Assembly (NCBI GenBank): GCA_963796285.1
Contig: CAWCKW010000013.1
Span: 256,001-320,000 of the forward strand
Length of the DNA: 64,000 nucleotides
Direction of reading: 5' to 3'
Source of the DNA: Nitrospirota bacterium
Lineage (GTDB): Bacteria; Nitrospirota; UBA9217
Notes under the pieces: model-generated
Databases searched by the model: none
The model's input: the letters and a program-made list of their open reading frames with translations, nothing else
What the model was told of the DNA's origin: nothing
In this document: positions 10,109-17,637 of the stretch, piece after piece
Position numbering within the stretch: position 1 is the stretch's first letter
How the letters are laid out: each line of letters opens with the position of its first letter
Made by a program: the position numbers and the translations under genes

Positions 10109-10197
10109 CCACTTGTATCTTTACTTTTATTCTGTAATCGTGCATAATTCGCCCACACTTTAGCTGCTCATCAAGTTGACGATTGCAAGGAGGATCC

Positions 10198-11859
10198 ATG
10201 GCATCAGTGAACAGATTACCCAGGTCGCCCTGGCGGGCGATGATCGACGGCGCATTTTACGCCAATTCGGTGCGCAAGACCACCATGGCGGAGCTCTATA
10301 AACTGGCGATCAAACAGCCCGAGGTAATGGCGACAGCCCATCCCTTTTACAAGCCGTCCCAGTTCGGACTGCCGAAGGACGCTAAGGTGCTTATTTCGAA
10401 CGATGGCGGCATTGTTGGCAGGACGGCTCGAGCCCGCAGACTCGTACGCGAGATGGGCAAGGACCGGGACAAGTACCTTCGCATCCTGGGCGAGGTAACC
10501 TATCAGCTGACCAAGCGGGAGTGCCTGTGGCTCGAAGCGACAGTAGGGCTGCACAAGGATTTCATGGTGAAGGCGCACTTACTCAGCCCTGCCACGGATG
10601 CCAAGAACATGCTCGACTGGGGCGTCAATTTCGCGCCCTGGATGAAGCCCTGGAGTGAAGCCTATAAAAAATCGAAGAAGCTCGATGAGCCGGACATCCT
10701 GGTGCTGGCCGATCCCGAGTGGACGGACCCCGAGTTCCCGAACGGGCTCGTGATCATTGACGAGGAGGAAAACTGCATCGCCATCCTCGGTCTCCGGTAT
10801 TTCGGCGAACGCAAAAAGGGGACCCTGACCCTGGCCTGGACCATCGGTGTGCGCCAGAACATGGTGGCCTGCCACGGCGGCATCAAGACCATCGGCAACC
10901 ATCCTCCGGTCGCGGTGTTCGGTCTCTCCGGCTCCGGCAAGTCGTCCATCACGAACAGCCACGACCACGGCGGCACGCTCAAGAAGAGCGAGAAAGTCAC
11001 CGTGATCCATGACGACGCGTTCCTCATCGCATTGGATGAAAACCTCACCGTCGCGCTCGAACCGAGCCTCTTTGACAAAACCGACGCGGTCCAGTTCCGG
11101 GACCCCCTCATCAAGTATTTCTACTCCGCCCAGAATGTGTCGGTAACCGATCTCGGCAACGGGAAACGCGAGATGGTGTGCGAGGACATCAGGAATGACA
11201 ACGGCCGGTGCATCAAGTCCCGCGACATGTTCAATATCGCCGATTCCTGCGCCAGGCCGAAGCAGCTCATCTGGCTTCAGAAAGACCAGTCCCTGCCGCC
11301 GGTCATGAAGGTCTCGGATATCGGTCTCTCGGTGGCTATGGGCGCTTCGCTCAGTACGCTCCGCGCCAAGGGCGTGGAGAACGTGCCGAGGGAAGAACTG
11401 TCCAGGCTCGTGATCGAGCCTTTTGCCAATCCCTTCCGAGTCCATCCGCTCCTGGAGGATTGCCGCCAGTTCCTGAAGCTTTTCAAGCTCGGAACCGAGT
11501 GCTACATCATGAACACGGGTCACTTCGGCATACCCGGTGATGAGACCAAGGTCCCGAAGGAGCTGTCACTCAACATTGTGACCCAGATGGTGCGCGGCAC
11601 GATCGAGTGGCGCGAGTGGAAGTCCTTCCCGGGCCTTCTGCTTCCTGCAAACGGTGCCGATATTTTCGGCGAAGATTTTGACAAGAAATTCAAACCTTCG
11701 ACGAACCCCGAGTATCTCCAGTTCCTCCGTAACCGGATGCAGGACCGCATCACCTTCCTGTCGAACAAGCGCGATCTCGAAATGGACATGGACAGTGCGT
11801 TCATCGATCCGCTCGTAGCAGCACGGACCGTGATCGACCGGAGATTGAGTCCGATATAA
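10198..11859 (+). CDS. pckA: Phosphoenolpyruvate carboxykinase (ATP), divergent type
   Basis: YFGERKKG, CHGG, P-loop GLSGSGKS, HDD. Confidence 0.85.
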   Translation: MASVNRLPRSPWRAMIDGAFYANSVRKTTMAELYKLAIKQPEVMATAHPFYKPSQFGLPKDAKVLISNDGGIVGRTARARRLVREMGKDRDKYLRILGEVTYQLTKRECLWLEATVGLHKDFMVKAHLLSPATDAKNMLDWGVNFAPWMKPWSEAYKKSKKLDEPDILVLADPEWTDPEFPNGLVIIDEEENCIAILGLRYFGERKKGTLTLAWTIGVRQNMVACHGGIKTIGNHPPVAVFGLSGSGKSSITNSHDHGGTLKKSEKVTVIHDDAFLIALDENLTVALEPSLFDKTDAVQFRDPLIKYFYSAQNVSVTDLGNGKREMVCEDIRNDNGRCIKSRDMFNIADSCARPKQLIWLQKDQSLPPVMKVSDIGLSVAMGASLSTLRAKGVENVPREELSRLVIEPFANPFRVHPLLEDCRQFLKLFKLGTECYIMNTGHFGIPGDETKVPKELSLNIVTQMVRGTIEWREWKSFPGLLLPANGADIFGEDFDKKFKPSTNPEYLQFLRNRMQDRITFLSNKRDLEMDMDSAFIDPLVAARTVIDRRLSPI

Positions 11860-11931
11860 GACCTGTTTGCCACGGCGTACCTGCACGCAGGCCGCAGGCA
11901 GAAAACAAGAAGAGTACAGATAAAGCTACGC

Positions 11932-11960
11932 GGCCGGAGAATATAATTCTCCGGCCTTTC
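11932..11960 (+). terminator. Hairpin/terminator after pckA
   Basis: GGCCGGAGAAT/ATTCTCCGGCC followed by TTT. Confidence 0.6.
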
Positions 11961-12159
11961 CATTTGCCACTTCTTTGCTTAAGTTGCATCTTTTCAAAAA
12001 ACCGCTTTTTATTGGGGCCTCGTACTTTAGCTGTACCCATCCTGACTCATCCCCCTTCCCCCTGTGCTATCATTAAAGTACTGCTAATAATTGTCTGACC
12101 GAAATGACACGAAGTGGCATGAGAGACAATTCATCAACCCGTTCGAGAGGGAGGTTGCC

Positions 12160-13275
12160 ATGAAGATCACCGTGAGCGTCATCAAGGCTGATATCGGATC
12201 TGTGGGTGGGCATATTGCACCTTCGAGTAAACTGTTCGAGACGGTGAAGAAGCATGTGCACGAGAAAGGCAAAGGATTTCTCATCGACAGCTATGTGAGC
12301 TTTACCGGCGATGATGTTGCTATCCTCATGACCCACACGAAAGGCGTGGGAAACGAGCTAGTCCATAAACTTGCCTGGGACGCCTTTGTATCGGGGACCG
12401 CGGTGGCGAAATCACAGGGACTCTATGGCGCCGGCCAAGACCTGCTGAAGGACGCCTTCTCAGGCAACGTCCACGGCATGGGGCCCGCGGTCACCGAGAT
12501 GGAGTTCGAGGAGCGTCCCGGTGAACCGATATTGTTCTTTGCCGCCGACAAAACCGACCCGGGCGCCTACAACCTCCCGCTCTACCTGGCGTTCGCGGAC
12601 GCCATGAACACGCCGGGACTGATGCTATCACCCAAGCTGGCCAAGGGGTTTAAATTCGTGATCATGGACGTGAACCACACGGAAGGCGACAGCGTCATCG
12701 AACTGAACGCTCCGGAAGACCTGTACGATATCGCCACGCTGCTCAGGGATCCGGAGCGGTTCGTGGTAGAATCGATCTGGTCACGTGCCGCGGGAACGCA
12801 GGCCGTGTCCGTGGCAACATCGCGGCTTCACAATATCGCCGGCAAGTATACAGGTAAGGACGATCCGGTGATGCTTGTCCGGACCCAGATGGACTTTCCG
12901 GCGACCGGCGAGGTCCTGCAGCCCTTTTCCATAGGCCACTTCGTGGCAGGCTGCATGCGCGGTTCCCATAATATGCCGATCATGCCGGTGAAGCTGAACT
13001 CCACCATCAGCTATTTCGACGGTCCGCCGATCGTGAGCTGCGCGACGTTTTGCATTCGCGAGGGCAAGCTTACGGAAATCATCGACGCCTTTGACCATCC
13101 CTTCTGGGACCGGGTGCGTGACCATGTAGCGGACAAGGCCATGGATATGCGGAAACAGGGGTTCTTCGGAGCCGCCATGCTGCCCATGAACGAGCTGGAG
13201 TACACGGGGATCATGGAGAAGCTTGCGGTCCTCGAGAAAAGGTTCGCTGTGAGGACAAGATCGCTGGCAGCCTAG
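12160..13275 (+). CDS. fbp: Fructose-1,6-bisphosphate aldolase/phosphatase (class V FBPase)
   Basis: KADIGSVGGH, GDD, LYGAGQDLL, DKTDPGA, YTGKDDP, MRGSH. Confidence 0.95.
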   Translation: MKITVSVIKADIGSVGGHIAPSSKLFETVKKHVHEKGKGFLIDSYVSFTGDDVAILMTHTKGVGNELVHKLAWDAFVSGTAVAKSQGLYGAGQDLLKDAFSGNVHGMGPAVTEMEFEERPGEPILFFAADKTDPGAYNLPLYLAFADAMNTPGLMLSPKLAKGFKFVIMDVNHTEGDSVIELNAPEDLYDIATLLRDPERFVVESIWSRAAGTQAVSVATSRLHNIAGKYTGKDDPVMLVRTQMDFPATGEVLQPFSIGHFVAGCMRGSHNMPIMPVKLNSTISYFDGPPIVSCATFCIREGKLTEIIDAFDHPFWDRVRDHVADKAMDMRKQGFFGAAMLPMNELEYTGIMEKLAVLEKRFAVRTRSLAA

Positions 13276-13308
13276 TAATTAATATCACCGGGTCAATAAG
13301 AAGATCGC

Positions 13309-13336
13309 AAGGCCGGGGACAATTCTCCGGCTTTTT
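13309..13336 (+). terminator. Intrinsic terminator after fbp
   Basis: GGCCGGGGA/TCTCCGGC followed by TTTTT. Confidence 0.7.
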
Positions 13337-13533
13337 CATGCGCGGCAGGTTTATTGTAACATAGAGAAAACAGATCGTATGAGTGCTGATTCCCGAGAAT
13401 CCTTCCACTAATCCGATAATTCTGCCACCCATGCCGACTTTTAAACAATTACTTAATACTGTTTATATCGTGGATTTTATGACATGGTTTTCGAATGATA
13501 ACTTCTTCCTGAACTCATTGAAGTAGCATATCA

Positions 13534-13547
13534 TTGAAACACATCAA
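13534..13547. promoter_or_regulatory. FNR/Crp-type box, one mismatch
   Basis: TTGAA-ACAC-ATCAA versus TTGAT-N4-ATCAA; a TTGACA lies at 13598. Confidence 0.5.
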
Positions 13548-13634
13548 GTTACATTCTGTATCTGTTGGAAATCTCTTAAAATACCCCATCGAAAACATTG
13601 ACAAATTTTCATAGCGGTGCTTGTATCTAAGTAG

Positions 13635-13678
13635 TTCTCGATAAAGCCAAACCCTTCGCGAGGGGGGACGGACTGCCC
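13635..13678 (+). ncRNA. Truncated c-di-GMP-I (GEMM-I) aptamer lacking P3
   Basis: First 20 nt identical to 14678-14697; P2 CCCTTC-GCGA-GGGGGG; GACGGA joins directly to CTGCC. Confidence 0.7.
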
Positions 13679-13791
13679 ATGCTTAGTTCCTTGATATCAG
13701 ACTCCAGGGGAAATCATCGATATCGCTCATCGGAAAAAACCGCGGCTGTGCTTTTTGCAAGGTCGTATCGAATAGAGAGGATACACGCCAT

Positions 13792-14506
13792 ATGAAGCAA
13801 AAGCCCCTTGCATCCTCACCCTCGGGCACACAAGACACGCAGGCAGATGCTTTTTTCTCCTCCTTTTTTGCCGACCCGAAGAAAAATCCCCATTATCGCA
13901 ATCACGTCGAGTTCTATCCGGCCAGGACTGTGATCGTGAGGCAGGAGACATCCCGCGAATGCCGTCTACCTGATCGAGCACGGCTTGGTGAAGCTCGTGA
14001 AGGAAAACTCGAAGGGCATCAAGGTGATCATCGGTCTTCGCCATCGCGACTGGTTGATCGGGGCTCCTACCATTTTCCTTGACAAACCCTATAACTTCAC
14101 GGTCATCGCCTTGCTCCCCACGATGCTTCGCGAGATTCCCAAGGAGGATTTCCTGGAACATATAAAAAAGGACGAACGGTTTTCCCAGCATGTCCAGCGT
14201 GCGCTCAGCCAGCAGGTCTTCGACATGATGAATTGGGTTGAGGCCATGAAATGCCTTTCTGCGGAAAATCGCCTGATGCGTTTTCTGGCCAAAACAGTCC
14301 GTGAGATGGAACCCTTCGGATTAGATAAGCCCGACGGTTTCGCGTTGCCGCTCTCTAATCAGGAACTCGCCCAGCTTCTCATGATTACTGCGGAGCACCT
14401 TTGCCGCGTGCTAAAAAAAATAGAGAATAAGGGCCTCATCAGACATTCAAAGGCGTCGCTGGTCGTGACCGATCCCGCACGCCTCTTTCAGTTGGCCGCT
14501 CACTGA
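13792..14506 (+). CDS. Crp/Fnr-family transcriptional regulator (frameshift near 13950)
   Basis: cNMP-fold start (YPARTVIVRQE) continues in another frame as ANAVYLIEHGLVKL; C-terminal HTH LSNQELAQLLMITAEHLCRVLKKI. Confidence 0.85.
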
Positions 14507-14595
14507 GCCGGTTTTTGGAGCGACATCATCTCTAACCAGCATCCTTTCCAGTCCGATCATTCCGAATAAGGCGCTTTATTGCAGCTAAATGTGCA

Positions 14596-14630
14596 TTGAT
14601 CTATATCGATCGCTGATTGATCTAGATCAA
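14596..14630. promoter_or_regulatory. Tandem FNR-type boxes, 21 bp apart
   Basis: TTGATCTATATCGA (14596-14609) and perfect TTGATCTAGATCAA (14617-14630). Confidence 0.8.
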
Positions 14631-14677
14631 TGACAAATCCTAAAATCTCAGTTATATATCTATTAACAATTACCGCT

Positions 14678-14758
14678 TTCTCGATAAAGCCAAACCCGGC
14701 GTGAGGCGGGGACGGAAAGCAACGGATCTTTGAAGACAAGACGGCCGAGCTGCCAAAG
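14678..14758 (+). ncRNA. c-di-GMP-I (GEMM-I) riboswitch
   Basis: CGATAAAGCCAAACCC-P2 with GTGA GNRA loop-GGGGACGGAAAGC-ACGGATCT...AGACGGCCGAGCTGCC fits the GEMM-I consensus. Confidence 0.88.
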
Positions 14759-14785
14759 TTCTCAGAATGAGTATTCTGGGAACTT
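14756..14785. repeat. Palindrome copy 1 (CCCAGAAT-GRGT-ATTCTGGGAA family)
   Basis: AAGTTCTCAGAATGAGTATTCTGGGAACTT. Confidence 0.75.
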
Positions 14786-14799
14786 ATAAAGGAGAAATT

Positions 14800-15402
14800 A
14801 TGAGAAATTCAGGCACCAGACTTTTACAGTGGTTTTTATTTTTGGCAATTATTGCACTAACCGGATGTGCAAATAATCAACAGGCGTATCAAAAGGCATT
14901 TGATAGTCAACATTCACTTACCCAAAATCAGTGCGCCTTCACGCAGCCGCCTGAAAGTATTTTCAAGATCGTAAAACAAGTATTTATTCAGCAAGGATTC
15001 ACTATTGAAAGCGCAGACTTAAAGTCGGGCATAGTAAAAGCCGTACGAAACATGCAGGATAAGGAAAATCCTGAGATTTCTTACAATATTAGTGCATCAG
15101 CAGATATTTTAGAAGTAACAGGTTCTGAAACAAATGTCTCTTTGGCTTCAAGCCAACAGACAATTCTCCACCGCGCCTCTACTACCTGGTGGCACCTACT
15201 TTGGATCCTACCGATCATTCCTACGGGAACCGAATATCAAACCTTAGTCATCAAGGAAGGCAATATTACTGACCCAGGTTATTATTCCGATTTCTTCAAT
15301 TCTTTGAGAATTGCAGTGACAAAGTATGATTTGGCTGTAAAGGCTGCTGCAAAGGCCGCTGAAAAAGCAAAGGCAGAAAGAGTGCCACCGAAAACGCAGT
15401 GA
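14800..15402 (+). CDS. Lipoprotein of unknown function with an Ala/Lys/Glu-rich tail (possible frameshift at the extreme 3' end)
   Basis: AAGGAG SD; lipobox ALTGC. Confidence 0.75.
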   Translation: MRNSGTRLLQWFLFLAIIALTGCANNQQAYQKAFDSQHSLTQNQCAFTQPPESIFKIVKQVFIQQGFTIESADLKSGIVKAVRNMQDKENPEISYNISASADILEVTGSETNVSLASSQQTILHRASTTWWHLLWILPIIPTGTEYQTLVIKEGNITDPGYYSDFFNSLRIAVTKYDLAVKAAAKAAEKAKAERVPPKTQ

Positions 15403-15465
15403 AGATAAAAGCAGAGACGGAGGCAAAATGAGGTTAGACCTATTTAATGGAGAAAGGAGAAAGCT

Positions 15466-16841
15466 ATGAAGAAAAGATATGATATGCAATTGGTACTGGT
15501 ATTTCTGTTTGTAGCGGCGCTCGCCGCCTGCAGTGGGGGGGGGGAGGTGGCGGGAGTAATAGCACTGCGCCGACAGCGCCGTTTATCACCGCCACGGTAT
15601 ACTACAGCGTGGCCACGGGGACCAATCAATCCGGTAGGCTCCAGGTTGATGTATTTACCGACAGTTCACAGTCAACGCCAATAGCGAACGCCACAGTAAC
15701 CGTAAATGGGACCGCTATCCCCTACAATACTTCAAATGCTCGGTATGAGGGGAACAATTTGTCAATAGACGCGAGTGCTACGGTCAATCTCAGTGTGACC
15801 ATACCCGGAGACGCTACCTACACCGCAACAGGCACCCAATTCACCACATTCCCAAACGTCACTGCTCCTACGTCGGGCGCTACATGGCAGGCAGCCAATG
15901 CCAATACCATCACCTGGACAGCCGGTGCGCCGACCGCAGGTGCAACGTATTTTGTCGGAGTTTTAGACAGTACCGGAAAACTCGTCTATCCTGCAGGGAA
16001 TACTCACCCTCTTAATATCCCTACAAGCTCTACCTCCTATATTATCCCTGCAAGCAGTTTAACGGCGGGAAGTTATTCTGTTTTTGTGGGAATTGGAACA
16101 GCAGGCATAGGCGAATATTCGGGAGGAATACCAATAGCCAACGCGGCTGCCGGTTCGGGTCTATGGATAGGCGGGATTACAGCCTTAGTCCCGATCACTG
16201 TAGGCGCCGGCAGCTCGGCTATCACGGGCCAAGCCGTCGACAAGGCTACGGGCAACCCGATGGCCGGCGTAACCGTCTCCGCCATGGATGCAACATCCCC
16301 CGGCACTGAGCTTTCAACGACGACAACTGACAGCAGCGGGAACTTCACCGCGAGCGTGCCATCGGGTCAAAGCGTTTATTTACATCTGGCCACGAGCGGA
16401 TACGTGAACAAGAACACCCACAATGTCTCTACGACCGGATCGCTGGCGTTTTCCAGCATAAACATGTTCACAACTGCCCAGGGTGTCCAGATCGCGAATG
16501 GACTTGGGCAGTGCCTTAGCGCAACGTCTTGGACCGATCCCTGCATCCAGAACATCGGGTGGGCGAATTTCGGCGCCAAGCTTACGGGCGGCTCGAACGC
16601 GGCAGGAGTTACCATCTCCGCATCGCCATCAGGAACGACGATCGGATACAACAACGGGAGTGGCGTCTATAACGGGGCTTCCACGATAGCCTCTCCGGGA
16701 GGCCTCCCGGCTGCTGCCGGGTACACCAGCACGCAGGCACATTACGCGTTCACCGCGACGAACGGGAGTACAACGATTGGCCCGGTTAACATATGGCTCG
16801 TAAAAGGCGAGCTTGGAGGGTATACCTTCAACGGCTTCTAA
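15466..16841 (+). CDS. Thr/Gly/Ser-rich beta-sandwich surface lipoprotein, split by a frameshift in a G10 tract
   Basis: Lipobox LAAC; correcting G10 (15535-15544) joins it to ORF 15609-16841; carboxypeptidase-regulatory-like segment ITGQAVDKATGNPMAGVTV. Confidence 0.75.
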
Positions 16842-16858
16842 ATATTATCCTGAACCAT

Positions 16859-16905
16859 AATAAAAAAACCTCCTATGCAGTGTCCCGCGTAGTAGGTTTT
16901 TTATT
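16859..16905 (+). terminator. Probable bidirectional terminator
   Basis: AATAAAAAAACCTCCTATGC...GCGTAGTAGGTTTTTATT. Confidence 0.55.
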
Positions 16906-17011
16906 CATGGTATGCTCCTGAGCCGGAGGGAGTTTCTGAAGTATTCCGTGGTAGCGAGCACTCTTATCGCTGCGGCATAAGGTGTGGGCAATCAATTTAA
17001 GGAGGAAACTC

Positions 17012-17425
17012 ATGAAAAAGATACTGATAATAGCTGTGATAATAGCGCTGACCGCTATTAGTGGAATTGCTTTTGCCGAGGATCTCGTGCAGATCCCCGT
17101 CGCCAAAGAAGCTCTCGTGGGAACATGGGTGGGCGAATGGGATGAGGGTTACAACGTGAAAGGGAAACACCTTTCTGGTGAAGTTGAGATAATTTTTAAT
17201 AACACAGATTCTTTTGACTACGCCAGCAGCAAAAAGAAATTTACAGGCAAGATAGTAGACATATCCTCCGAAAAAATCGAACTGACCGACGGCAAATCCA
17301 GGACCGACAGCTACAAAATGTACAAGGACGCCAATGGGAATTTGGTGCTCAAGGGCACCTATTCCGATACCAGTCCAAGTAAGGGATTCAAAAGGGGAGA
17401 AATTATTGTGAAAAAGAAGCCCTAA
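17012..17425 (+). CDS. Exported hypothetical protein (small beta-rich fold)
   Basis: AAGGAGG SD; Sec signal ending AFA; LVGTWVGEW. Confidence 0.75.
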   Translation: MKKILIIAVIIALTAISGIAFAEDLVQIPVAKEALVGTWVGEWDEGYNVKGKHLSGEVEIIFNNTDSFDYASSKKKFTGKIVDISSEKIELTDGKSRTDSYKMYKDANGNLVLKGTYSDTSPSKGFKRGEIIVKKKP

Positions 17426-17445
17426 CAACACATGTCTTCCGGAAC

Positions 17446-17484
17446 TTCAAAACCCCTGCCGCTCTTTGCGCAGGGGTTTTTGAA
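17446..17484 (+). terminator. Intrinsic terminator
   Basis: TTCAAAACCCCTGC/GCAGGGGTTTTTGAA. Confidence 0.8.
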
Positions 17485-17490
17485 ATCACC

Positions 17491-17519
17491 AGTGCCCAGA
17501 ATGAGTATTATGGGAACTT
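17491..17519. repeat. Palindrome copy 2
   Basis: AGTGCCCAGAATGAGTATTATGGGAACTT. Confidence 0.7.
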
Positions 17520-17637
17520 CAAAAGAAAGGAGGTAATGTTAAAAAATGCAGGTCGAAAGAAGGGCGTTTTGCTTCAAATATTCTATTCGGGCCTGGAGCT
17601 AGGAAAACTCTAGGCACTCTGTCAAGGAGGAAACGCC

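Noticed and set aside
14678-14758. Geobacter-type c-AMP-GMP specificity for the riboswitch
   Set aside because: The discriminating position aligns to G rather than A, which favours c-di-GMP; manual alignment only.
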